From: Eledone cirrhosa
Taxonomy: Eukaryota
NCBI GenBank assembly: GCA_964016885.1
Contig: OZ024740.1
Location: forward strand, 54,312,001-54,376,000
Reading direction: 5' to 3'
Length of the DNA: 64,000 nucleotides
Shown: positions 44,746-58,830 of the stretch, piece after piece
How positions within the stretch are numbered: position 1 is the stretch's first letter
How the letters are laid out: the number at the start of each line of letters is the position of its first letter
Notes under the pieces: model-generated
What the model saw: the letters and a program-made list of their open reading frames with translations, nothing else
Told to the model about the DNA's origin: nothing
The model's database searches: none
Made by a program: the position numbers and the translations under genes

Positions 44746-45567
44746 CACCGCTTAGACTGGAGTGTAGAGTCTGTCACTCCATCCCCTATTTTCTGCCATT
44801 GCTTAATTTCGTATTTTTTAAAATCTATTTCTCATTTTTCTCACTTTCATTTTGTTTGTTTCCTAATTTCCATGTATATTGTACAGTTTTTTTAATTTAC
44901 TACTGAATATTTTGTATTGCGATAAATTTCCAATTTATTCTGTTCAACTTTCAGCACTTCTGAAATAAAAAAAAAAATCCTGAAGTTATTACCCAGAATC
45001 TGAACGTACATGATCTTAGCTGAAATAATAATAATATTTAAGTTTAGATCATTTAAAAGATGAATCCCACTTCTTTGGCAATGACTAAATTGTGCAAAAA
45101 ATATAATATATAATATGTTGATATATACACAGCTACAATAGAATTGTATTAACTTCAAAAGAGTGAAAATATATGTCCCCGAGACAAACCAAAAACAGTA
45201 ATTACAATATATTCCTTTAGTATTTAGCATTCATACACGTTATGTAGTATAATTTTCATTCTATTGGGAAATTTAAGTTTCATAATAGTTAAGGTTATAT
45301 GTTTGATGAATTCTGTTGTTTCAATTGTAAAATAGTTCATATGTTGGTAACTCTTGGTAACATTGGCCTTAGAGCTAGTTACAATATTGCTTCAGAGCAT
45401 ATTTAAATACAAATTAATTTAAATCTTTAGGCTGTAACTATATTATAGCTTTTATATGTACGTTTTATTAAGAAAGATTAGGATTATATTTATAAGTTAA
45501 TTGAATTGTCTATTACAGCCTCAGATTTTGATTTTATATACTATCGAGATATGTTTATAGATACCTA

Positions 45568-45606
<39 letters not shown>

Positions 45607-45709
45607 CACACATATATATATATATATATATATGTACTGTATGTATGTATATATGAATAAGATTTCATAAAAATGAAAAAGTTCTAGTCCTCTAGAAGTA
45701 ATTTATATT

Positions 45710-45885
45710 CAGGTTTACGATAATCCACCTGAGAACTCGATACTTGGGGTAGTAGAGTGTGTGATATGAAAATAATCAAGACCCCCGACGGATGAGCTCC
45801 GACTATTTCGACAGCTAGATCCGTTCGGATATAGCGGCCGAAACGGCCGGAGCTCAGCCGTCGGGGTCGTGAATCTTTTCGTTCT
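45710..45885. mobile_element. Family B fold-back copy (GATCCG-loop subfamily)
   Basis: TTTCGACAGCTAGATCCG-tt-CGGATATAGCGGCCGAAACGGCCGGAGCTCAGCCGTC. Confidence 0.85.
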
Positions 45886-45902
45886 CTCTCAAATTCTCAC
45901 TC

Positions 45903-46016
<114 letters not shown>

Positions 46017-46352
46017 AATAAAATGACTGGGGGCCAGATTGCTGAACTTCATTTTAAAGTTTTATTGTTGCAGACACCATATATGATGCAATGGCCAATT
46101 GATCCCACCGACATCACCGAGTGTATTGCATAACAGTTATAGAGGAATTATGGTAAACACAAACTGAGATAGAAAATATTAATATCTGATGCAGAGGCGG
46201 CCTATGTCTATGTGGTGCCGATTGGTGTGGCGGCAACACTAATGTCTCAGAGAGAAAACGGGTTTTAGCACTGCTTACTGGGAAGCGAATTCATCTTGAT
46301 CCAGGAATATTTCAGGTTGTCTCAGTCGACAGAAAATCAGTGTGTGCGTTTG

Positions 46353-46432
<80 letters not shown>

Positions 46433-46687
46433 TGTGTGTGTGCGTGTGTGTGTGTGCGTGTGCGTGTATGTGTGTGTGAGTGTGTGTGTGCGTGTATGTG
46501 TGTGTGCGTGTGTGTGTTGTGGTGGTACGTGAATGTGTGTTGATGGAAGTACAACTGAAAGGTACTCAAAACCAATATTTGTTGTTCAACCGAACGTGTA
46601 TTCATAGTAGAATGAAGAAGGAGGTTCGTATATACGAATATATATATATATTCGTCTACACGAACCACCTTTATAATTCTACTATGA

Positions 46688-46763
<76 letters not shown>

Positions 46764-46771
46764 AATATACG

Positions 46772-46832
<61 letters not shown>

Positions 46833-47232
46833 ATGTATGTATATATATATATATATATATATTACTTTTAAAACAAGTAACCATATAATCATGCGCTAAG
46901 TTTTACAATATATGTCCGAATATACGAATATAAAGTTTTTTTTTTTCTATACACTTTATTAAAATTATTCAAGATTTGAGCATTTGTGAAAATTTTAAAT
47001 AAAGCCGGATGATTCGTTTTGATACACCCTGTAATTGAACGCACACACACACACACATGATATATATATATCTATATATATAAATATATATATATGTAAA
47101 TATATATATATATGTGTATCTATATATATATAAATGGTAAATATGAAATTTCATTTCTTACTCTTTGTACGGCTGATACTTAATTATGTACGTATACATA
47201 CTTCTATATATATATACAATATATATATATAA

Positions 47233-47308
<76 letters not shown>

Positions 47309-47444
47309 TTACGCATATATATTTATATATAAATATATATATATATATATGTACATATATATACATATATATAACTATATATAATATATCCATATATATA
47401 TAAATATATATATATACTCATATATATATATAAGTATGTGTATT

Positions 47445-47496
<52 letters not shown>

Positions 47497-47569
47497 AATA
47501 TATATAGATCTAGATATATATAGATATATATATATATTTACACATATATATTTATATATAAATATATAT

Positions 47570-47629
<60 letters not shown>

Positions 47630-47719
47630 TATATACATATATATAATTATATATAATATATACATATATACAAATATATATATATACTCATATATATATA
47701 TAAGTATGTGTATTTATAT

Positions 47720-47765
<46 letters not shown>

Positions 47766-48357
47766 ATATATATAAACACACACACACATATATATATATA
47801 ATGTGTTTAAGCATGTGTGCATAAGTATATATGTTATATGTATATGTTTTAATGTATGTATGCATGTATGCATAAGTATATATGTATATATGTATATGTT
47901 TTTACATATAGAAAAAACAAAAACAAAGACAAACATGTATAGGTTATCCACGAATAAACCACTAGGATACATTGAAAAGAAAGGTAAATAGATATATAGT
48001 TTCACCTGCAAGACTATGAAAAAACCGATTGTAATTTCACTAACATTAGTGTACTAATACAAAGCAAAAGTTATTTTACTAATACAAACCTACATAGGTA
48101 CATTTGTATAAGAGTGCTTATGACTATTAGATTTCAAACTAATTATCTCTTTATTATAATATATATTATTATAGTTTAGATTGAATTGATATATTAATAT
48201 ATATTTCCGTTTATTCTGATATTTAAACATGAATGCATATTTCTGATTATATGAATCGTATTATTTACGAGACTAACATCAGTTTATTAACATATGTATA
48301 TATATTGTACATATTTATATAAGGCATAAGTCCGCGTGAGTTACAAGACGTAACACA

Positions 48358-48519
48358 TCTTCTTCTTCTTCTTCTTCTTCTTCTTCTTCTTCTTCTTCTT
48401 CTTCTTCTTCTTCTTCTTCTTCTTCTTCTTCTTCTTCTTCTTCTTCTTCTTCTTCTTCTTCTTCTTCTTCTTCTTCTTCTTCTTCTTCTTCTTCTTCTTC
48501 TTCTTCTTCTTCTTCTTCT
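48358..48519. repeat. (TTC)n, about 54 units, next to the 3' end of a SINE fragment (48529-48618, -)
   Basis: Direct reading; explains the poly-R and poly-E ORFs. Confidence 0.97.
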
Positions 48520-48772
48520 AATAGCAATAATTGTTTCTACCTTTGGCACATGGTCAGCACAAACCCACTACATTACTAGTACTTTATTTTATCGACCCCG
48601 TAAGGATGAAAGGCAAAATACTTATTATTGGTGATATCAATAGACATTTAATAAATATTGTACTACATTAATGAAATAAATGGTTATATGAAACATGATA
48701 TAATACAGATATATTACAAGCTATAAGAAGGTGTGAACGTTTGCGGTTAGGGTTGAAAACTTTAATCTGTTG

Positions 48773-48946
<174 letters not shown>

Positions 48947-49069
48947 GGAGAAGAAGTTTACGAAATGGAAATGCGGGTATATAGAATTTATTAGGTAACA
49001 ATTGTTTCTATAGTGTATGGGTTACATATACCTCGCTATTTGAATAATATACAAATATTATTCTCAGGG

Positions 49070-49245
49070 TCTGTGAGAAAAACCACAGACCCTCCATCTC
49101 AACTAACCTTTTGAAAAGCAGAAGAACTGCGAAACCGGTAAAGGAATCAAATAAATATATATATTTAAAAAATAAATAAGACTCCAGTTGCATTTTCGAT
49201 TTCATCGCTTTTTCTTTATACTTTCACTCGTGTAGAACACCTCGG

Positions 49246-49248
<3 letters not shown>
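49070..49248 (+). mobile_element. Family C copy with an intact U3-A8 HHR (49107-49144)
   Basis: CCTT-TTGAAAA-GCAG-aagaa-CTGC-GAAACCGGTA-AAGG. Confidence 0.85.
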
Positions 49249-49320
<72 letters not shown>

Positions 49321-49491
49321 TATGCATGTTCGTATGTACTTCAGTCTATGTATGTGTGTGTGTATGTGTATAGGTGTGCATGTGTATTTATGCATATACG
49401 CATGAATTAATTCGGATGTTATATAATGACGTACATACATACATTCTCACAGACACACACACACACAAAAATCTGATGCCAATGTAACAGA

Positions 49492-49539
<48 letters not shown>

Positions 49540-49553
49540 GCACACACACACAC

Positions 49554-49610
<57 letters not shown>

Positions 49611-49628
49611 TACATATATATATATATG

Positions 49629-49689
<61 letters not shown>

Positions 49690-49736
49690 GTGTGTGTGCA
49701 TGTGTGCGTGTGTTTAAATATAAATATATGTATATA

Positions 49737-49852
<116 letters not shown>

Positions 49853-50178
49853 CATATTCTGTTATATTGGTATAAGATTTTAGATGCAGGGTCACCACCT
49901 TCAAACGTAATACCGACCTAAAACAAATAATTATGTTGATTTCTATTTCTTAAACTACTACATTACAGGTCATAAAAAAATTATCGTAGATTATTAAGCG
50001 CTACAGACGTTACAGACTGATACGGAGAAGATACAGAATAACAGAAATATTGGTAAACTGATAGAATTTACTAAATCTCATATAGTAACAATCTATAGTA
50101 ACAGCCACTAACCTATGGAACTGAATCTACAATATCATTGAGAAAATCATATTTGAAACACCTAACCATACGTGCTGC

Positions 50179-50223
<45 letters not shown>

Positions 50224-50280
50224 ACAGTTATATATATACATACATATATATACATATATGTATATATATGTAGTATGTAT

Positions 50281-50312
<32 letters not shown>

Positions 50313-50322
50313 TATGTATATA

Positions 50323-50412
<90 letters not shown>

Positions 50413-50492
50413 ATATATATATGTGTGTGTGTGTGTGTGTGTATATATAGATATAAGTATATATATGTATATATTTATACACATATACATAC

Positions 50493-50539
<47 letters not shown>

Positions 50540-50779
50540 TATATATGTTTGCGTGTGTATATTAACAAGAACACATGGGAAAAGTATCTACAGAAATATG
50601 AAAAAATTGTCGTACATCGATATACTTTTTCTAAAGTTCATTCATAGTATATCCATCGATCGATATCTGTACACATCCAAACATATATATACATATATAT
50701 ATATATACGTATTTATATGTATATATATATATATATATATAAATATATGTATATATATATATATATAAATAAATATATG

Positions 50780-50868
<89 letters not shown>

Positions 50869-50875
50869 TATATTC

Positions 50876-50916
<41 letters not shown>

Positions 50917-50985
50917 GACTATACCCAAATATGTATATATATGTCTGTATATATATATGTATATATAAATATATATATATATATG

Positions 50986-51075
<90 letters not shown>

Positions 51076-51209
51076 CATATACATATATATATATATTTAT
51101 ATATACATATATATATACAGACATATATATACATATGTATATGTACATGAATATACACATATATGAATAAATATATATGTATATATATCTATATATATCT
51201 ATATAGCTA

Positions 51210-51244
<35 letters not shown>

Positions 51245-51732
51245 GATTGTATATGTATTTGTATTATATATACAAACAAAAATACACACACACATACACA
51301 CACACACAAACACACGCACACGCACACACACTCATATATATATATACGTATATGTATATATGTATATATATGTGTGTGCGCGTATAAATATCTGTGTACA
51401 TGTATGTATGTGTGTGTATTTTTGTTTGTCTATGTTAATATAAATATATATACACAAGCATTTCAATTAATTCGATTTTAATCAATTGATATGTTACTAT
51501 ATTACGTATGGAGCAAATATCTTCTAATACATCGAAAAAACATTTTTCGAATTTTTGAGCCCCTTATTTATATACACTCGGGTCCCAAATATTATGAGGG
51601 TGCATAATCAGCGGTGAGTGCGTGGTTGCCTCTGTTGATTATATATATATATATATATATACTGGGGGAGAGTCATATTGTTATAATATTGCCAGAAATA
51701 ATAACAATACACACACATATATATATATATAT

Positions 51733-52310
51733 AATTGTTTCTACCTTTATGACACAATAACGCAATTTATTACTGGTACTTTATTTTTTCGACCCCATAA
51801 GGATGAAAGGCAAAGTTAACCTAGGCGGGATTTGAGCTCAGAATGGCAAGGGCCACAACTCTATGCGTCAAAGCATGGCGCCCGACCCTCTTCCTATACT
51901 GCCAATCCACCGCCATTTATATATATATATATAATTGTTTCTACTTTAGGCACAAGGCCAACAAATACCCAGTGCATTACTGGTACTTTATTTTATCGAC
52001 CCCGTATGGATGAAAGGCAAAGTCAACCTCGGCGAGATTTGAACTCAGAGCGTAAAGGGACGTAACTATGCTGGGAAGCATGGTGTCTGACCATCTACCG
52101 ATACTGCCAATCCACCGCCCTATATATATATATAATTGTTTCTACTTTAGGCACAAGGCCAGCAATTAACCAGTACATTACTGGTACTTTATTTTATCGA
52201 CCCCGTAAGGATGAAAGGCAAAGTCAACCTCGGCGAGATTTGAACTCAGATCGTAACTATGCTGGAAAGCATGGCGTCCGACCCTCTACCGATACTGCCA
52301 ATCCACCGCC
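51733..52310 (-). mobile_element. Three head-to-tail SINEs separated by short (TA)n
   Basis: Copies at 51733-51914, 51933-52120 and 52134-52310. Confidence 0.93.
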
Positions 52311-52413
52311 CTATATATATATATATAATAATAATAAATTTGAAGACTAAAATCCAAATTAAGAGTGAAAGCAGCTTTTATTTGCTTAAACTTTAATCTG
52401 TTGTTTTTATATT

Positions 52414-52498
<85 letters not shown>

Positions 52499-52504
52499 TT
52501 TATA

Positions 52505-52628
<124 letters not shown>

Positions 52629-52629
52629 C

Positions 52630-52750
<121 letters not shown>

Positions 52751-52767
52751 TATATATACATATATAC

Positions 52768-52815
<48 letters not shown>

Positions 52816-53120
52816 TCTGTTACATTGGCATCAGATTTTTGTGTGTGTGTGTGTCTGTGAGAATGTATGTATGTACGTCATTATATAACATCCGAATTAA
52901 TTCATGCGTATATGCATAAATACACATGCACACCTATACACATACACACACACATATACAGACTGAAGTACATACCAACACGCATATATTCATGCATGTC
53001 TATTTATGCATATACGCATGAATTAATTCGGATGTTATATAATGACGTACATACATACATTCTCACAGACACACACACACACACATACATACATACATAC
53101 AAATATATATATATATATAT

Positions 53121-53400
53121 GGAGGCACGAGGCCTAGTGGTAAGAGTGTTGGACTTACGATCATTATGTCGTGGGTTCGATTCCTGGGTTGCGTGATGTG
53201 TACTTGAGCAAAACACTTCATTTCAGGTTGCTCCAGTATACTCAGTTGAAAATGAGTACCACCAATAGCTGGAGGTTTAACCTTGCGATGGACTGGCGTC
53301 CTGTCCAGGAGCGAGTATTGCACTCACAGTCGCTTCACGCCATGAAACCGGGATAAGCACCGGCCGAATGAGCCTTCTGACTTAAGACAGACATTAGACT
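53121..53400 (+). mobile_element. Second tRNA-derived SINE family, full length
   Basis: A-box AGGCCTAGTGG, B-box GGTTCGATTCC, CORE-like GTGTACTTGAGCAAAACACTT and V-domain-like CCTTGCGATGGACTGGCGTCCTGTCCAGG. Confidence 0.85.
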
Positions 53401-53638
53401 GTTTATATATATATATATTTTTTAAAATAACAGATTAAAATTTAATCAAAGAATCGCTGCTTTCATCCTTGACGGGATTCTCTGAAGATCCCGTTAAGGG
53501 TGAAAGCAGCGATTCTTTGCTTAAACTTTAATATGTTATTTTAATAAATATTTGCTCTACGGTTCTTGTATATTTGATATATATTTATCCTTATCGAGCC
53601 CTCTTTGGATGGATTTTAGTCTTCAAATATATTATTAT

Positions 53639-53676
<38 letters not shown>

Positions 53677-53892
53677 ATACACTTATATACGTACATGTAT
53701 ATATAGTAACAAGCATGTTATTGTAAGCGATCATATACGCGCATGTGTAAATTTGTAAATAAATTTGTATGTTGCAATTTTAGGTATATTTATTTTGTTT
53801 AATTTGCATATATATCCTCATTATAAATATGTTTTGTTTACATATGTAAACATATTTGCGATGGAATATGCATATGAATTTGTTTTATACTT

Positions 53893-53973
<81 letters not shown>

Positions 53974-54123
53974 TAATTTAATATATCTACTAACATAAGC
54001 GCACAGATGTACGCTAATGCCAGCAAATACACAGGTTATGTCATAGTACCTAGGTGGTTCAATGCAGGAGGATGCAGAACAATAATATAAATTGCCTGGA
54101 GACTTGGCTGAGAATAGACCTCC

Positions 54124-54170
54124 CTGATGACGCAATGAAATTCTCAACAGTTCATTACGTAACTGTCTTT
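54124..54170 (+). ncRNA. Degenerate hammerhead motif
   Basis: CTGATGA-c-GCAATGAA-loop-TTCATTAC-GTAACTGTC (GAAA changed to GTAA). The upstream repeat (53985-54090) recurs at ~32770-32870. Confidence 0.55.
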
Positions 54171-54261
54171 ATCCCATTGCAGAAACTAATTAGTTGGAGT
54201 GAAAATTTAAGTAAGTAAGTTAATTTTTTTTTAATTTTTTTTTTAATTTTCTTATTTTACG

Positions 54262-54329
<68 letters not shown>

Positions 54330-54437
54330 TATATATATATGTAGACATACACACCCACATATATATTACATATATAAATATATATATATTTATATGTATA
54401 TAAAGAGAGATTGAGAGACAGAGACATGTGTGTGCGT

Positions 54438-54505
<68 letters not shown>

Positions 54506-54636
54506 TTGTGTATAATGGTAGCTATGGTGCTTCCATAGGCGGTATGACAAAATTAGCACTCAATATTCATACAGAGTAGATTGTGGAGAGTATAATAAAA
54601 CGAAAAATTAGTGATGCATCTTGACTCAGTTTATTG

Positions 54637-54727
54637 CGTGTTACAATTGTTTCGCCGCCAGGTAGCTCGAGACATGATTACTGTATGGATCTGGCTGATT
54701 CTACGCCTGCAGGTTCCCTCGGACACG
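54637..54727 (-). ncRNA. Degenerate hammerhead motif with long stem II
   Basis: Minus strand reads CGTGT-CCGAGGG-...-GAA-ACAATTGT-A-ACACG; perfect 5-bp stem I and palindromic stem III, with two core substitutions. Confidence 0.55.
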
Positions 54728-54879
54728 GGTAGTTCGTTCGGAGCAATTTTTCTCACTAGGGTGTTATCGTCAAAAAACACCTTCTAAAAACATCTTCCAT
54801 TCTTGTCATGCCATTAGCTGTTGTTATTCTACGTCATCTTAAGTTCTGGTCATTATTTACTGCTATACATTATTTGAAA

Positions 54880-55019
54880 CATAGAGTTACCTCCCTGTAT
54901 GATCTGAGTTCAAATCCCGCCGAGGTTAACTTTGCCTTTCATCCTTCTGGGGTCGATAGAATAAAGTACCACTAATGCATTGGGTAATTGCTGGCCTTGT
55001 GCCAAAAGTAGAAACAATT
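54880..55019 (+). mobile_element. tRNA-derived SINE, 5'-truncated
   Basis: B-box and core match the family; ATTATTTACTGCTA is duplicated at 54852 and 55017. Confidence 0.88.
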
Positions 55020-55233
55020 ATTTACTGCTACACAGGTCATTAGCCATTTTCCGTCCGACACACTTCAATATATATATGCACGTTTCAAATATGGTGGTTT
55101 ACAACTGGGTGCAATTTGTCATTCTGCAATGTTAACCATAACGAAATATATGAAAAGCACTCAATGTTATACAACTAGTCCATCTTCAATGTTGAATGAT
55201 GTTGGTGGTTTGGGAAAGGAAGTAAATCTATAT

Positions 55234-55584
55234 GAAGTGAAATGACAGGAGGCCAAATATGTTGAATTTCCTTAATTTTTTTATTACTGTAAATAATAAG
55301 CACATTTCAGTGGCCCGGTTGCGTAAGATGCGGGCGAGCAATGTGGCAGCCTGCTACCAGGTCCGACTTTGGGTCAAAAACATAATCCTTTATTTCTCTC
55401 TGTTTTTATTTGCTTATTTCCTTAAAGCTTATGATCATTCGGTAGGTAGATATCTATTACGCAATGTACACATGATGAGGTCACCAGGTTCTTATGCAAC
55501 CTGGCCACTGAAATGTGCATAGTGTTTACAGTTATGAAAGAAATAAGGAAATTCAACATATTTGGCCTCCTATCATTTCACTTT
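55234..55584. mobile_element. MITE-like fold-back element with ~95-bp imperfect inverted arms
   Basis: AGTGAAATGACAGGAGGCCAAATATGTTGAATTTCCTTA...CACATTTCAGTGGCC pairs with GGCCACTGAAATGTG...TAAGGAAATTCAACATATTTGGCCTCCTATCATTTCACT. Confidence 0.7.
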
Positions 55585-55730
55585 ATGATATATATATAAA
55601 CAAGTATAACAAAAATTCATATGCGTATTTCATGGCAAATATGTAAACAGTTTACTGATGCAAAAATATTTATAAGGAAGATATATATGCAAATTTAAAC
55701 AGAATAAATATACTTAAAATTGCATCATAA

Positions 55731-55786
<56 letters not shown>

Positions 55787-55855
55787 AGAGAGAGAGAGTA
55801 AGAAAGAATGAAAGACAGAGAGATGTACATCCCGACCGCGGCGCCAAGCGTTTTC

Positions 55856-55932
<77 letters not shown>

Positions 55933-56585
55933 ATGTACTAATATTGCCCCAAAAGTAGTAAAACGCAATTAACGCTTGGTTTGGTCTCCTGTTCAGAATA
56001 TTTTTATATTTCTACAAGTAATTTTGCACGCAATATATCATTTTTATTGACTAACAGTTAAAATTATATGTAAAAATATAATTTTTCAAAGTTCTTTTGT
56101 CATACATATCTGTGACATCTTCTGTGATGTCTTTTGCTCTTTTCCTCTCGTTGTGTTCCTCTAAGATTTTTGTTTGTCTCGTTTTGCACATTCTTTATTG
56201 TGCTTGCATTTTGGCTTGTGTGTGCTCGTTTGTTAGTTTCTGAGTCGGCTACACAATTAACTTACCAGAAATGTACCAACATCATACAATCTCACGCAAG
56301 AAGAAGATAACATTTTAATTCTTAGTACATTAAACAAAACGTGCTGCCCATGTTAAACGTTTTGAATGAGAAGATAGGGTGAAATTAAAATCCCGCCAAC
56401 GCCAAGACTCTACCTGGCACTAAGCTGTCATGTGCTTGATTCCTTTGTTTAATAACGAAAACGCGACCCTCATAAGATGAATATATTTGTCCTTGAAATC
56501 ATAGATACAAATTCTCATAAGATGAAATCATACTTGTTAAATTATCATCCCTCTATCTAAGCGATACTGGGCGTTGCTTATTCTC

Positions 56586-56743
<158 letters not shown>

Positions 56744-57087
56744 TATATAAATATACCTTGTTAGAATCATATAGCACATAGCTTATTACGAAATAAATAA
56801 CATCGTCCCTACAAACACAGAGCATTTATTAAACATGCTTGACTGAATATAACTCATTAATTACGCTTTCGTGCATAGACCTGGTTTTCTCAAACAAAAG
56901 TTAGTAAGAAAATTCTAATCGGCAGGGAAGTCGCTCCCAAATAAATCAGCCATGTGAGCATTGTAAACAAATACGAGGCATTTTTTTCTGTTGAGGTCTC
57001 CGTTAATAATCAATGACATCTTTCAATATCTGGTGGGATGTCTGGCAAACAGCATGTCTTGCAAATGACTGCTACCGCCTCCTCACC

Positions 57088-57088
57088 A

Positions 57089-57158
<70 letters not shown>
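57088..57158. repeat. (CTA)n = (TAG)n at the 3' end of the R4/Dong-like element
   Basis: Direct reading. Confidence 0.95.
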
Positions 57159-57159
57159 T

Positions 57160-58830
57160 ATATGGTTTGCACATTAAGTATTATTATTACTGAACCGTCT
57201 AATATCTGACGAGTTTCAACAATGACCTTAGATACACAATGCTTTCCTGAATATATGTACAGTGCCCACAAGAGCAGTCTCTTGAAGGAAAGCAAATTGT
57301 ATTTTATCTACTGGTTCACGACACCCCTTTGATTTCAGTACTACCGAGTCCAAAGATGTTATGACAATAAAAAAAATATATTGATGATATTAAATACTAT
57401 TGGCTACATTCGGGCCCATTCGATCTTCAAGTCATGATAACTTGTCATTTCTTTTCAAAATCTTCTACGTTTATGTTTTAATCTCATGGGATGCTAATCT
57501 AGCAACCACGCATGTTTCTGTATATAATAATGATATCATGTCTGATGTATTTAATTTGTGATTGATTTGGATAGCGAAGTCCCAGATTATCCTTGGTTTA
57601 TCGCTGTCATCCTCGGCAAACTTTGGCACAGGTTGGCATCAATTGTCGAAAAAATGCGCAAAAAAACGTATCTTTTTTGCACATTTACAAGTAAAGATAC
57701 TCTAGTCCTTGCGATATCTTCTCTTGAGCTTGCAGTTTACAGGCACTCAATATATGGATGAACATTCCTGTATTAATTTCATACAGATGTCACTTGGCAT
57801 GTTCACCCTTCAACTAATATGATATATCTTTTTTAATTATCAACTTATCGTTTATCTTGGTCTTTGCCTTCAGTCTCCTACAAAATTTCAATCTTTAACT
57901 CAAACGTTTGTCGTTCAAATTAGTAATGAAATACCTTTCCAAATGCCTATCTTTTCGACTTTGCGACACGTCTCTTAAACTCAACTTTACTTTCCATCTA
58001 TCCATTTTCTAGGCTCATTACTGCTGAGTTCTACTGTAAAAACATTTCTATACTATCTGTCATAGCCCATCTCTCTTTCTTGAAACTTCCTGTAACACTG
58101 TGGGATTCACGAACAACTGGTTTATATATTATTTTGCTTGTAATTCCATAACATATATATGTTCATTATTAAACTTGTTTTGTGTTCTATCAGGTCAACT
58201 TCATTCTTATTTCACTTGAGTATCCAAGCACTACACCATATCACAAATACTAACCAAATGTTTACGGAAAGAACCAAGTTTCTTTCATGAAGTTTGGACG
58301 CGGGAAGTTTTAGGTTATGTAAATATGTTTCATGCAATATCCCACACATCTTTAGAATTCTTAATTACTTGTAACTGTCATCACATTAGTCATTCATTCA
58401 GTCACCAGATAGTACTCCAGGGCCACCTAGTTGGGATTGATCCCCGTTTCATGTTGGCAACTGCATATTGTGTTATCCCAAACTGCATGTGCTTGCGGAC
58501 AGAGTGCAATGGAAGATTATTTATATTTCAGAATTCGCAAACAGTTTCAAGTCGTTCATAAACAGCTAAGCACTTATTCCATGAGTACACATTAGTTTTC
58601 CAAACTGTTCTGCTAGATTTATCAATTTGCATAGATTAACTTCTTCTCCAGCATTTGCATAGACCCAAGAATCCCCAGAAGTACACAAAAACGTAAGTTA
58701 TTTAAAATCTGTCCCTTTTCAGTCTTAGATCATTATCTTGCCTATACTATCATGGCTTGTTGTTCCCATTATTTTTTTCCTGCAGCTTTTTTGTTCTATA
58801 GAGAGGAGACTGTTGGTGACTAGTTTATGG
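57160..58830 (-). pseudogene. Decayed R4/Dong-like non-LTR retrotransposon (RT to RLE)
   Basis: Minus-strand pieces IEQKSCRK..GT, IHILSACKL, YHDLKIEWARM and LQETALVGTVHIFRKAL (cf. EQKGCR, HI.SGC..LA, KY.DL..EI.RMW, LQKTALLGTA.ILRKVL). Confidence 0.8.

Noticed and set aside
48265-48549. Poly-Arg and poly-Glu ORFs
   Set aside because: Translation of (GAA)n running out of a SINE tail.
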